Shown piece by piece: positions 1 to 12,635 of a stretch of 64,000 nt of DNA. A program made the translations under genes and the position numbers. Every line of letters starts with the position of its first letter. Position 1 is the first letter of the stretch. Origin of the DNA: Auanema rhodensis (lineage: Eukaryota > Animalia > Nematoda). The notes below the pieces were generated by a model. The model was not told the origin of the DNA. It made no database searches and saw only the letters and a program-made list of their open reading frames with translations. The stretch spans positions 22,568,001 through 22,632,000 of the forward strand of contig OZ059896.1 in the NCBI GenBank assembly GCA_964057225.1, written 5' to 3'.

Positions 1-11
1 TTTGCTAAATT

Positions 12-46
12 ATTTTGAAATTTTTCGAAAAAAGTTTTGTCAAAAT
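12..46. other. A/T-tract palindrome centred on TTCGAA
   Basis: tttttcgaaaaa (21-32) is a perfect 12-bp palindrome. It is flanked by attttga (12-18) and tcaaaat (40-46), which are reverse complements. Confidence 0.85.
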
Positions 47-59
47 GTTTTTGGAAGCA

Positions 60-87
60 ATGTTGAGTGTACATGGAAACTCAACAT
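60..87. other. Perfect 9-bp inverted repeat with 10-nt loop, once per monomer
   Basis: atgttgagt (60-68) is the reverse complement of actcaacat (79-87). Confidence 0.9.
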
Positions 88-170
88 ACACTAATGCATC
101 ATTTTTCAAACGATCATAACTAATTTTTTCATTAAGCGTTTCTCAATGTAGTATAGTGCATTCGATGCGG

Positions 171-221
171 ATTTTTAAGCTGCGTCGATCTGTGTTATCA
201 GATTTGCGCTAGCTTAAAAAT
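171..221. other. ~51-nt imperfect inverted repeat (hairpin/cruciform-capable), present in every monomer
   Basis: atttttaagct (171-181) is the reverse complement of agcttaaaaat (211-221). Inside it, gcg (182-184) pairs with cgc (207-209) and atctg (188-192) pairs with cagat (199-203), leaving a 6-nt loop. Confidence 0.9.
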
Positions 222-238
222 GCACCGAGATATCAACT

Positions 239-260
239 GATATAAGTTCACACTTATATC
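239..260. other. Perfect 9-bp inverted repeat with 4-nt loop, overlapping a second dyad
   Basis: gatataagt (239-247) pairs with acttatatc (252-260). The overlapping dyad is atatca-ac-tgatat (230-243). The common ttatagcc variant shortens the stem. Confidence 0.9.
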
Positions 261-3160
261 CTCAATTTTCACCCTGAAGAATTAATTTTTTCGTAGAATA
301 ACATTGTCCATCGTCTTTGCCTTGAAAAAAGGAATCTAAAAACATCTACTTTTTGCTAAATTATTTTGAAATTTTTCGAAAAAATTTTTGTCAAAATGTT
401 TTTGGAAGCAATGTTGAGTGTACATGGAAACTCAACATACACTAATGCATCATGTTTCAAACGATCATAACTAATTTTTGTATTAAGCGTTTCTCAATGT
501 AGTATAGTGCATTCGATGCGGATTTTTAAGCTGCGTCGATCTGTGTTATCAGATTTACGCTAGCTTAAAAATGCACCGAGATATCAACTGATATAAGTTC
601 ACACTTATAGCCTCGATTTTCACCCTGAAGAATTGATTTTTTCGTTGAATAACATTGTCAATCGTTTTTGCCTTGAAAAAAGAAATCCAAAAACATCTAC
701 TTTTTGCTAAATTATTTTGAAATTTTTCGAAAAAATTTTTGTCAAAATGTTTTTGGAAGCAATGTTGATTGTACATGGAAACTCAACATACACTAATGCA
801 TCATTTTTCAAACGATCATAACTAATTTTTTCATTAAGCGTTTCTCAATGTAGTATAGTGCATTCGATGCGGATTTTTAAGCTGCGTCGATCTGTGTTAT
901 CAGATTTGCGCTAGCTTAAAAATGCACCGAGATATCAACTGATATAAGTGCACACTTATATCCTCAATTTTCACCCTGAAGAATTAATTTTTTCGTAGAA
1001 TAACATTGTCCATCGTCTTTGCCTTGAAAAAAGGAATCTAAAAACATCTACTTTTTGCTAAATTATCTTGAAATTTTTCGAAAAAATTTTTGTCAAAATG
1101 TTTTTGGAAGCAATGTTGAGTGTACATGGAAACTCAACATACACTAATGCATCATTTTTCAAACGATCATAACTAATTTCTGTATTAAGCGTTTCTCAAT
1201 GTAGTATAGTGCATTCGATGCGGATTTTTAAGCTGCGTCGATCTGTGTTATCAGATTTGCGCTATCTTAAAAATGCACCGAGATATCAATTGATATAAGT
1301 TCACACTTATATCCTCGATTTTCACCCTGAAGAATTAATTTTTTCGTTGAATAACTTTGTCCATCGTCTTTGCTTTGAAAAAAGGAATCTAAAAACATCT
1401 ACTTTTTGCTAAATTATTTTGAAATTTTTCGAAAAAATTTTTGTCAAAATGTTTTTGGAAGCAATGTTGAGTGTACATGGAAACTCAACATACACTAATG
1501 CATCATTTTTCAAACGATCATAACTAATTTCTGTATTAAGCGTTTCTCAATGTAGTATAGTGCATTCGATGCGGATTTTTAAGCTGCGTCGATCTGTGTT
1601 ATCAGATTTGCGCTAGCTTAAAAATGCACCGAGATATCAACTGATATAAGTTCACACTTATATCCTCGATTTTCACCCTGAAGAATTAATTTTTTCGTTG
1701 AATAACATTGTCCATCATCTTTGCCTTAAAAAAAAGGAATCTAAAAACATCTACTTTTTGCTAAATTATTCTGAAATTTTTCGAAAAAATTTTTGTCAAA
1801 ATGTTTTTGGAAGCAATGTTGAGTGTACATGGAAACTCAACATTCACTAATGCATCATGTTTCAAACGATCATAACTAATTTTTGTATTAAGCGTTTCTC
1901 AATGTAGTATAGTGCATTCGATGCGGATTTTTAAGCTGCGTCGATCTGTGTTATCAGATTTACGCTAGCTTAAAAATGCACCGAGATATCAACTGATATA
2001 AGTTCACACTTATATCCTCAATTTTCACCCTGAAGAATTAATTTTTTCGTAGAATAACATTGTCCATCGTCTTTGCCTTGAAAAAAGAAATCTAAAAACA
2101 TCTACTTTTTGCTAAATTATTTTGAAATTTTTCGAAAAAATTTTTGTCAAAATGTTTTTGGAAGCAATGTTGAGTGTACATGGAAACTCAACATACTTTA
2201 ATGCATCATTTTTCAAACGATCATAACTAATTTCTGTATTAAGCGTTTCTCAATGTAGTATAGTGCATTCGATGCGGATTTTTAAGCTGCGTCGATCTGT
2301 GTTATCAGATTTGCGCTATCTTAAAAATGCACCGAGATATCAATTGATATAAGTTCACACTTATATCCTCGATTTTCACCCTGAAGAATTAATTTTTTCG
2401 TTGAATAACATTGTCCATCGTCTTTGCTTTGAAAAAAGAAATCTAAAAACATCTACTTTTTGCTAAATTATTCTGAAATTTTTCGAAAAAATTTTTGTCA
2501 AAATGTTTTTGGAAGCAATGTTGAGTGTACATGGAAACTCAACATACACTAATGCATCATTTTTCAAACGATCATAACTAATTTTTGTATTAAGCGTTTC
2601 TCAATGTAGTATAGTGCATTCGATGCGGATTTTTAAGCTGCGTCGATCTGTGTTATCAGATTTGCGCTAGCTTAAAAATGCACCGAGATATCAACTGATA
2701 TAAGTTCACACTTATAGCCTCGATTTTCACCCTGAAGAATTAATTTTTTCGTTGAATAACATTGTCCATCGTCTTTGCTTTGAAAAAAGGAATCTAAAAA
2801 CATCTACTTTTTGCTAAATTATTTTGAAATTTTTCGAAAAAATTTTTGTCAAAATGTTTTTGGAAGCAATGTTGAGTGTTTATGGAAACTCAACATACAC
2901 TAATGCATCATTTTTCAAACGATCATAACTAATTTCTGTATTAAGCGTTTCTCAATGTAGTATAGTGCATTCGATGCGGATTTTTAAGCTGCGTCGATCT
3001 GTGTTATCAGATTTGCGCTAGCTTAAAAATGCACCGAGATATCAACTGATATAAGTTCACACTTATATCCTCGATTTTCACCCTGAAGAATTAATTTTTT
3101 CGTTGAATAACATTGTCCATCGTCTTTGCCTTGAAAAAAGGAATCTAAAAACATCTACTT

Positions 3161-6100
3161 TTTGCTAAATTATTTTGAAATTTTTCGAAAAAATTTTTGT
3201 CAAAATGTTTTTGGAAGTAATGTTGAGTGTACATGGAAACTCAACATACACTAATGCATCATTTTTCAAACGATCATAACTAATTTCTGTATTAAGCGTT
3301 TCTCAATGTAGTATAGTGCATTCGATGCGGATTTTTAAGCTGCGTCGATCTGTGTTATCAGATTTACGCTAGCTTAAAAATGCACCGAGATATCAACTGA
3401 TATAAGTTCACACTTATATCCTCAATTTTCACCCTGAAGAATTAATTTTTTCGTAGAATAACATTGTCCATCGTCTTTGCCTTGAAAAAAGAAATCTAAA
3501 AACATCTACTTTTTGCTAAATTATTTTGAAATTTTTCGAAAAAATTTTTGTCAAAATGTTTTTGGAAGCAATGTTGAGTGTACATGGAAACTCAACATAC
3601 ACTAATGCATCATTTTTCAAACGATCATAACTAATTTCTGTATTAAGCGTTTCTCAATGTAGTATAGTGCATTCGATGCGGATTTTTAAGCTGCGTCGAT
3701 CTGTGTTATCAGATTTGCGCTATCTTAAAATGCACCGAGATATCAATTGATATAAGTTCACACTTATATCCTCGATTTTCACCCTGAAGAATTAATTTTT
3801 TCGTTGAATAACATTGTCCATCGTCTTTGCTTTGAAAAAAGAAATCTAAAAACATCTACTTTTTGCTAAATTATTTTGAAATTTTTCGAAAAAATTTTTG
3901 TCAAAATGTTTTTGGAAGCAATGTTGAGTGTACATGGAAACTCAACATACACTAATGCATCATTTTTCAAACGATCATAACTAATTTCTGTATTAAGCGT
4001 TTCTCAATGTAGTATAGTGCATTCGATGCGGATTTTTAAGCTGCGTCGATCTGTGTTATCAGATTTGCGCAAGCTTAAAAATGCACCGAGATATCAACTG
4101 ATATAAGTTCACACTTATATCCTCGATTTTCACCCTGAAGAATTAATTTTTTCGTTGAATAACATTGTCCATCGTCTTTGCCTTAAAAAAAGGAATCTAA
4201 AAACATCTACTTTTTGCTAAATTATTCTGAAATTTTTCGAAAAAATTTTTGTCAAAATGTTTTTGGAAGCAATGTTGAGTGTACATGGAAACTCAACATA
4301 CACTAATGCATCATTTTTCAAACGATCATAACTAATTTTTGTATTAAGCGTTTCTCAATGTAGTATAGTGCATTCGATGCGGATTTTTAAGCTGCGTCGA
4401 TCTGTGTTATCAGATTTGCGCTAGCTTAAAAATGCACCGAGATATCAACTGATATAAGTTCACACTTATAGCCTCGATTTTCACCCTGAAGAATTAATTT
4501 TTTCGTTGAATAACATTGTCCATCGTCTTTGCTTTGAAAAAAGGAATCTAAAAACATCTACTTTTTGCTAAATTATTTTGAAATTTTTCGAAAAAATTTT
4601 TGTCAAAATGTTTTTGGAAGCAATGTTGAGTGTTTATGGAAACTCAACATACACTAATGCATCATTTTTCAAACGATCATAACTAATTTCTGTATTAAGC
4701 GTTTCTCAATGTAATATAGTGCATTCGATGCGGATTTTTAAGCTGCGTCGATCTGTGTTATCAGATTTGCGCTAGCTTAAAAATGCACCGAGATATCAAC
4801 TGATATAAGTTCACACTTATATCCTCGATTTTCACCCTGAAGAATTAATTTTTTCGTTGAATAACATTGTCCATCGTCTTTGCCTTGAAAAAAGGAATCT
4901 AAAAACATCTACTTTTTGCTAAATTATTCTGAAATTTTTCGAAAAAATTTTTGTCAAAATGTTTTTGGAAGCAATGTTGAGTGTACATGGAAACTCAACA
5001 TACACTAATGCATCATTTTTCAAACGATCATAACTAATTTCTGTATTAAGCGTTTCTCAATGTAGTATAGTGCATTCGATGCGGATTTTTAAGCTGCGTC
5101 GATCTGTGTTATCAGATTTGCGCTAGCTTAAAAATGCACCGAGATATCAACTGATATAAGTTCACACTTATAGCCTCGATTTTCACCCTGAAGAATTAAT
5201 TTTTTCGTTGAATAAGATTGTCCATCGTCTTTGCTTTGAAAAAAGGAATCTAAAAACATCTACTTTTTGCTAAATTATTTTGAAATTTTTCGAAAAAATT
5301 TTTGTCAAAATGTTTTTGGAAGCAATGTTGAGTGTACATGGAAACTCAACATACACTAATGCATCATTTTTCAAACGATCATAACTAATTTCTGTATTAA
5401 GCGTTTCTCAATGTAGTATAGTGCATTCGATGCGGATTTTTAAGCTGCGTCGATCTGTGTTATCAGATTTGCGCTAGCTTAAAAATGCACCGAGATATCA
5501 ACTGATATAAGTTCACACTTATATCCTCGATTTTCACCCTGAAGAATTAATTTTTTCGTTGAATAACACTGTCCATCGTCTTTGCCTTGAAAAATGGAAT
5601 CTAAAAACATCTACTTTTTGCTGAATTATTTTGAAATTTTTCGAAAAAATTTTTGTCAAAATGTTTTTGGATGCAATGTTGAGTGTACATGGAAACTCAA
5701 CATATACTAATGCATCATTTTTCAAACGATCATAACTAATTTTTGTATTAAGCGTTTCTCAATGTAGTATAGTGCATTCGATGCGGATTTTTAAGCTGCG
5801 TCGATCTGTGTCATCAGATTTGCGCTAGCTTAAAAATGCACCGAGATATCAACTGATATAAGTTCACACTTATATCCTCGATTTTCACCCTGAAGAATTA
5901 ATTTTTTCGTTGAATAACATTGTCCATCGTCTTTGCCTTGAAAAAAGGAATCTAAAAACATCTACTTTTTGCTAAATTATTTTGAAATTTTTCGAAAAAA
6001 TTTTTGTCAAAATGTTTTTGGAAGTAATGTTGAGTGTACATGGAAACTCAACATACACTAATGCATCATTTTTCAAACGATCATAACTAATTTCTGTATT

Positions 6101-8774
6101 AAGCGTTTCTCAATGTAGTATAGTGCATTCGATGCGGATTTTTAAGCTGCGTCGATCTGTGTTATCAGATTTACGCTAGCTTAAAAATGCACCGAGATAT
6201 CAACTGATATAAGTTCACACTTATATCCTCAATTTTCACCCTGAAGAATTAATTTTTTCGTAGAATAACATTGTCCATCGTCTTTGCCTTGAAAAAAGAA
6301 ATCTAAAAACATCTACTTTTTGCTAAATTATTTTGAAATTTTTCGAAAAAATTTTTGTCAAAATGTTTTTGGAAGCAATGTTGAGTGTACATGGAAACTC
6401 AACATACACTAATGCATCATTTTTCAAACGATCATAACTAATTTCTGTATTAAGCGTTTCTCAATGTAGTATAGTGCATTCGATGCGGATTTTTAAGCTG
6501 CGTCGATCTGTGTTATCAGATTTGCGCTATCTTAAAATGCACCGAGATATCAATTGATATAAGTTCACACTTATATCCTCGATTTTCACCCTGAAGAATT
6601 AATTTTTTCGTTGAATAACATTGTCCATCGTCTTTGCTTTGAAAAAAGAAATCTAAAAACATCTACTTTTTGCTAAATTATTTTGAAATTTTTCGAAAAA
6701 ATTTTTGTCAAAATGTTTTTGGAAGCAATGTTGAGTGTACATGGAAACTCAACATACACTAATGCATCATTTTTCAAACGATCATAACTAATTTCTGTAT
6801 TAAGCGTTTCTCAATGTAGTATAGTGCATTCGATGCGGATTTTTAAGCTGCGTCGATCTGTGTTATCAGATTTGCGCTAGCTTAAAAATGCACCGAGATA
6901 TCAACTGATATAAGTTCACACTTATATCCTCGATTTTCACCCTGAAGAATTAATTTTTTCGTTGAATAACATTGTCCATCGTCTTTGCCTTAAAAAAAGG
7001 AATCTAAAAACATCTACTTTTTGCTAAATTATTCTGAAATTTTTCGAAAAAATTTTTGTCAAAATGTTTTTGGAAGCAATGTTGAGTGTACATGGAAACT
7101 CAACATACACTAATGCATCATTTTTCAAACGATCATAACTAATTTTTGTATTAAGCGTTTCTCAATGTAGTATAGTGCATTCGATGCGGATTTTTAAGCT
7201 GCGTCGATCTGTGTTATCAGATTTGCGCTAGCTTAAAAATGCACCGAGATATCAACTGATATAAGTTCACACTTATAGCCTCGATTTTCACCCTGAAGAA
7301 TTAATTTTTTCGTTGAATAACATTGTCCATCGTCTTTGCTTTGAAAAAAGGAATCTAAAAACATCTACTTTTTGCTAAATTATTTTGAAATTTTTCGAAA
7401 AAATTTTTGTCAAAATGTTTTTGGAAGCAATGTTGAGTGTTTATGGAAACTCAACATACACTAATGCATCATTTTTCAAACGATCATAACTAATTTCTGT
7501 ATTAAGCGTTTCTCAATGTAATATAGTGCATTCGATGCGGATTTTTAAGCTGCGTCGATCTGTGTTATCAGATTTGCGCTAGCTTAAAAATGCACCGAGA
7601 TATCAACTGATATAAGTTCACACTTATATCCTCGATTTTCACCCTGAAGAATTAATTTTTTCGTTGAATAACATTGTCCATCGTCTTTGCCTTGAAAAAA
7701 GGAATCTAAAAACATCTACTTTTTGCTAAATTATTCTGAAATTTTTCGAAAAAATTTTTGTCAAAATGTTTTTGGAAGCAATGTTGAGTGTACATGGAAA
7801 CTCAACATACACTAATGCATCATTTTTCAAACGATCATAACTAATTTCTGTATTAAGCGTTTCTCAATGTAGTATAGTGCATTCGATGCGGATTTTTAAG
7901 CTGCGTCGATCTGTGTTATCAGATTTGCGCTAGCTTAAAAATGCACCGAGATATCAACTGATATAAGTTCACACTTATAGCCTCGATTTTCACCCTGAAG
8001 AATTAATTTTTTCGTTGAATAAGATTGTCCATCGTCTTTGCTTTGAAAAAAGGAATCTAAAAACATCTACTTTTTGCTAAATTATTTTGAAATTTTTCGA
8101 AAAAATTTTTGTCAAAATGTTTTTGGAAGCAATGTTGAGTGTACATGGAAACTCAACATACACTAATGCATCATTTTTCAAACGATCATAACTAATTTCT
8201 GTATTAAGCGTTTCTCAATGTAGTATAGTGCATTCGATGCGGATTTTTAAGCTGCGTCGATCTGTGTTATCAGATTTGCGCTAGCTTAAAAATGCACCGA
8301 GATATCAACTGATATAAGTTCACACTTATATCCTCGATTTTCACCCTGAAGAATTAATTTTTTCGTTGAATAACATTGTCCATCGTCTTTGCCTTGAAAA
8401 AAGGAATCTAAAAACATCTACTTTTTGCTAAATTATTTTGAAATTTTTCGAAAAAATTTTTGTCAAAATGTTTTTGGAAGTAATGTTGAGTGTACATGGA
8501 AACTCAACATACACTAATGCATCATTTTTCAAACGATCATAACTAATTTTTGTATTAAGCGTTTCTCAATGTAGTATAGTGCATTCGATGCGGATTTTTA
8601 AGCTGCGTCGATCTGTGTTATCAGATTTGCGCTAGCTTAAAAATGCACCGAGATATCAACTGATATAAGTTCACACTTATATCCTCGATTTTCACCCTGA
8701 AGAATTAATTTTTTCGTTGAATAACATTGTCCATCGTCTTTGCCTTGAAAAAAGGAATCTAAAAACATCTACTT
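3161..8774. repeat. 8-monomer tandem duplication (2807 bp x2)
   Basis: The 1-bp-deletion marker tatcttaaaatg occurs at 3721 and 6528, gtaata at 4714 and 7521, and aagatt at 5216 and 8023. All pairs are 2807 apart. Confidence 0.85.
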
Positions 8775-11700
8775 TTTGCTAAATTATTTTGAAATTTTTC
8801 GAAAAAATTTTTGTCAAAATGTTTTTGGAAGTAATGTTGAGTGTACATGGAAACTCAACATACACTAATGCATCATTTTTCAAACGATCATAACTAATTT
8901 TTGTATTAAGCGTTTCTCAATGTAGTATAGTGCATTCGATGCGGATTTTTAAGCTGCGTCGATCTGTGTTATCAGATTTGCGCTAGCTTAAAAATGCACC
9001 GAGATATCAACTGATATAAGTTCACACTTATAGCCTCGATTTTCACCCTGAAGAATTAATTTTTTCGTTGAATAACATTGTCCATCGTCTTTGCTTTGAA
9101 AAAAGGAATCTAAAAACATCTACTTTTTGCTAAATTATTTTGAAATTTTTCGAAAAAATTTTTGTCAAAATGTTTTTGGAAGCAATGTTGAGTGTACATG
9201 GAAACTCAACATACACTAATGCATCATTTTTCAAACGATCATAACTAATTTCTGTATTAAGCGTTTCTCAATGTAGTATAGTGCATTCGATGAGGATTTT
9301 TAAGCTGCGTCGATCTGTGTTATCAGATTTGCGCTAGCTTGAAAATGCACCGAGATATCAACTGATATAAGTTCACACTTATAGCCTCGATTTTCACCCT
9401 GAAGAATTAATTTTTTCGTTGAATAACATTGTCCATCGTCTTTGCTTTGAAAAAAGGAATCTAAAAACATCTACTTTTTGCTAAATTATTTTGAAATTTT
9501 TCGAAAAAATTTTTGTCAAAATGTTTTTGGAAGCAATGTTGAGTGTTTATGGAAACTCAACATACACTAATGCATCATTTTTCAAACGATCATAACTAAT
9601 TTCTGTATTAAGCGTTTCTCAATGTAGTATAGTGCATTCGATGCGGATTTTTAAGCTGCGTCGATCTGTGTTATCAGATTTGCGCTAGCTTAAAAATGCA
9701 CCGAGATATCAACTGATATAAGTTCACACTTATATCCTCGATTTTCACCCTGAAGAATTAATTTTTTCGTTGAATAACATTGTCCATCGTCTTTGCCTTG
9801 AAAAAAGGAATCTAAAAACATCTACTTTTTGCTAAATTATTTTGAAATTTTTCGAAAAAATTTTTGTCAAAATGTTTTTGGAAGTAATGTTGAGTGTACA
9901 TGGAAACTCAACATACACTAATGCATCATTTTTCAAACGATCATAACTAATTTCTGTATTAAGCGTTTCTCAATGTAGTATAGTGCATTCGATGCGGATT
10001 TTTAAGCTGCGTCGATCTATGTTATCAGATTTGCGCTAGCTTGAAAATGCACCGAGATATCAACTGATATAAGTTCACACTTATAGCCTCGATTTTCACC
10101 CTGAAGAATTAATTTTTTCGTTGAATAACATTGTCCATCGTCTTTGCCTTGAAAAAAGGAATCTGAAAACATCTACTTTTTGCTAAATTATTTTGAAATT
10201 TTTCGAAAAAATTTTTGTCAAAATGTTTTTGGAAGTAATGTTGAGTGTACATGGAAACTCAACATACACTAATGCATCATTTTTCAAACGATCATAACTA
10301 ATTTTTGTATTAAGCGTTTCTCAATGTAGTATAGTGCATTCGATGCGGATTTTTAAGCTGCGTCGATCTGTGTTATCAGATTTGCGCTAGCTTAAAAATG
10401 CACCGAGATATCAACTGATATAAGTTCACACTTATAGCCTCGATTTTCACCCTGAAGAATTAATTTTTTCGTTGAATAACATTGTCCATCGTCTTTGCTT
10501 TGAAAAAAGGAATCTAAAAACATCTACTTTTTGCTAAATTATCTTGAAATTTTTCGAAAAAATTTTTGTCAAAATGTTTTTGGAAGCAATGTTGAGTGTA
10601 CATGGAAACTCAACATACACTAATGCATCATTTTTCAAACGATCATAACTAATTTCTGTATTAAGCGTTTCTCAATGTAGTATAGTGCATTCGATGAGGA
10701 TTTTTAAGCTGCGTCGATCTGTGTTATCAGATTTGCGCTAGCTTGAAAATGCACCGAGATATCAACTGATATAAGTTCACACTTATAGCCTCGATTTTCA
10801 CCCTGAAGAATTAATTTTTTCGTTGAATAACATTGTCCATCGTCTTTGCTTTGAAAAAAGGAATCTAAAAACATCTACTTTTTGCTAAATTATTTTGAAA
10901 TTTTTCGAAAAAATTTTTGTCAAAATGTTTTTGGAAGCAATGTTGAGTGTTTATGGAAACTCAACATACACTAATGCATCATTTTTCAAACGATCATAAC
11001 TAATTTCTGTATTAAGCGTTTCTCAATGTAGTATAGTGCATTCGATGCGGATTTTTAAGCTGCGTCGATCTGTGTTATCAGATTTGCGCTAGCTTAAAAA
11101 TGCACCGAGATATCAACTGATATAAGTTCACACTTATATCCTCGATTTTCACCCTGAAGAATTAATTTTTTCGTTGAATAACATTGTCCATCGTCTTTGC
11201 CTTGAAAAAAGGAATCTAAAAACATCTACTTTTTGCTAAATTATTTTGAAATTTTTCGAAAAAATTTTTGTCAAAATGTTTTTGGAAGTAATGTTGAGTG
11301 TACATGGAAACTCAACATACACTAATGCATCATTTTTCAAACGATCATAACTAATTTCTGTATTAAGCGTTTCTCAATGTAGTATAGTGCATTCGATGCG
11401 GATTTTTAAGCTGCGTCGATCTATGTTATCAGATTTGCGCTAGCTTGAAAATGCACCGAGATATCAACTGATATAAGTTCACACTTATAGCCTCGATTTT
11501 CACCCTGAAGAATTAATTTTTTCGTTGAATAACATTGTCCATCGTCTTTGCCTTGAAAAAAGGAATCTGAAAACATCTACTTTTTGCTAAATTATTTTGA
11601 AATTTTTCGAAAAAATTTTTGTCAAAATGTTTTTGGAAGTAATGTTGAGTGTACATGGAAACTCAACATACACTAATGCATCATTTTTCAAACGATCATA

Positions 11701-12635
11701 ACTAATTTTTGTATTAAGCGTTTCTCAATGTAGTATAGTGCATTCGATGCGGATTTTTAAGCTGCGTCGATCTGTGTTATCAGATTTGCGCTAGCTTAAA
11801 AATGCACCGAGATATCAACTGATATAAGTTCACACTTATAGCCTCGATTTTCACCCTGAAGAATTAATTTTTTCGTTGAATAACATTGTCCATCGTCTTT
11901 GCTTTGAAAAAAGGAATCTAAAAACATCTACTTTTTGCTAAATTATTTTGAAATTTTTCGAAAAAATTTTTGTCAAAATGTTTTTGGAAGCAATGTTGAG
12001 TGTACATGGAAACTCAACATACACTAATGCATCATTTTTCAAACGATCATAACTAATTTCTGTATTAAGCGTTTCTCAATGTAGTATAGTGCATTCGATG
12101 CGGATTTTTAAGCTGCGTCGATCTGTGTTATCAGATTTGCGCTAGCTTGAAAATGCACCGAGATATCAACTGATATAAGTTCACACTTATAGCCTCGATT
12201 TTCACCCTGAAGAATTAATTTTTTCGTTGAATAACATTGTCCATCGTCTTTGCTTTGAAAAAAGGAATCTAAAAACATCTACTTTTTGCTAAATTATTTT
12301 GAAATTTTTCGAAAAAATTTTTGTCAAAATGTTTTTGGAAGCAATGTTGAGTGTTTATGGAAACTCAACATACACTAATGCATCATTTTTCAAACGATCA
12401 TAACTAATTTCTGTATTAAGCGTTTCTCAATGTAGTATAGTGCATTCGATGCGGATTTTTAAGCTGCGTCGATCTGTGTTATCAGATTTGCGCTAGCTTA
12501 AAAATGCACCGAGATATCAACTGATATAAGTTCACACTTATATCCTCGATTTTCACCCTGAAGAATTAATTTTTTCGTTGAATAACATTGTCCATCGTCT
12601 TTGCCTTGAAAAAAGGAATCTAAAAACATCTACTT
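8775..12635. repeat. 4-monomer higher-order repeat (1404 bp, ~2.7 copies)
   Basis: tgagga at 9293/10697, ctatg at 10019/11423, and tctgaa at 10165/11569. Confidence 0.85.

Larger units (their letters stand above)
1..351 (+). repeat. Representative monomer (arbitrary phase; defines the monomer coordinates used below)
   Basis: First full period. The consensus has about 53 G and 58 C per 351 bp (~31.6% GC), 12 CpG, and many A/T tracts of 4-7 nt. Confidence 0.97.
1..2458. repeat. Subfamily domain A (tail end) and transition to domain B
   Basis: Carries ttttcatt, ctcaatttt together with cgtagaa, atgtttc, and the multi-SNP 'X' monomer (352-702). Boundary approximate. Confidence 0.7.

Noticed and set aside
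171-221. Rho-independent terminator or pre-miRNA
   Set aside because: There is no gene context, the stem is AT-rich without a following U-tract, and no expression evidence is available. It is kept only as a dyad element.
1-351. Identity with a known satellite (Drosophila 359-bp/1.688 family, alpha satellite, 340-360 bp beetle satellites)
   Set aside because: I recognise no sequence match to 1.688 or alpha satellite. I cannot evaluate beetle families from memory, and similar length alone is not evidence. BLAST is needed.
1-351. Tandem 5S rRNA, tRNA, snRNA or spliced-leader gene unit
   Set aside because: I see no recognisable 5S sequence, cloverleaf, A/B boxes or SL motif. An Infernal/Rfam scan would confirm.
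1-351. Monomer as an ancient dimer of ~175 bp
   Set aside because: There is only weak similarity between halves (e.g. atttttcaaacgatcataac vs attttttcgttgaataac), which AT-richness can explain.
640-656. CENP-B-box-like motif tTTCGTTGaAtAacatt
   Set aside because: It matches only the TTCG....A half and lacks the essential CGGG, so it is likely chance.
5534-5725. 63-aa ORF (MKNDALV...)
   Set aside because: It is opened by the private SNPs of the divergent tract. The same frame is closed in other monomers.
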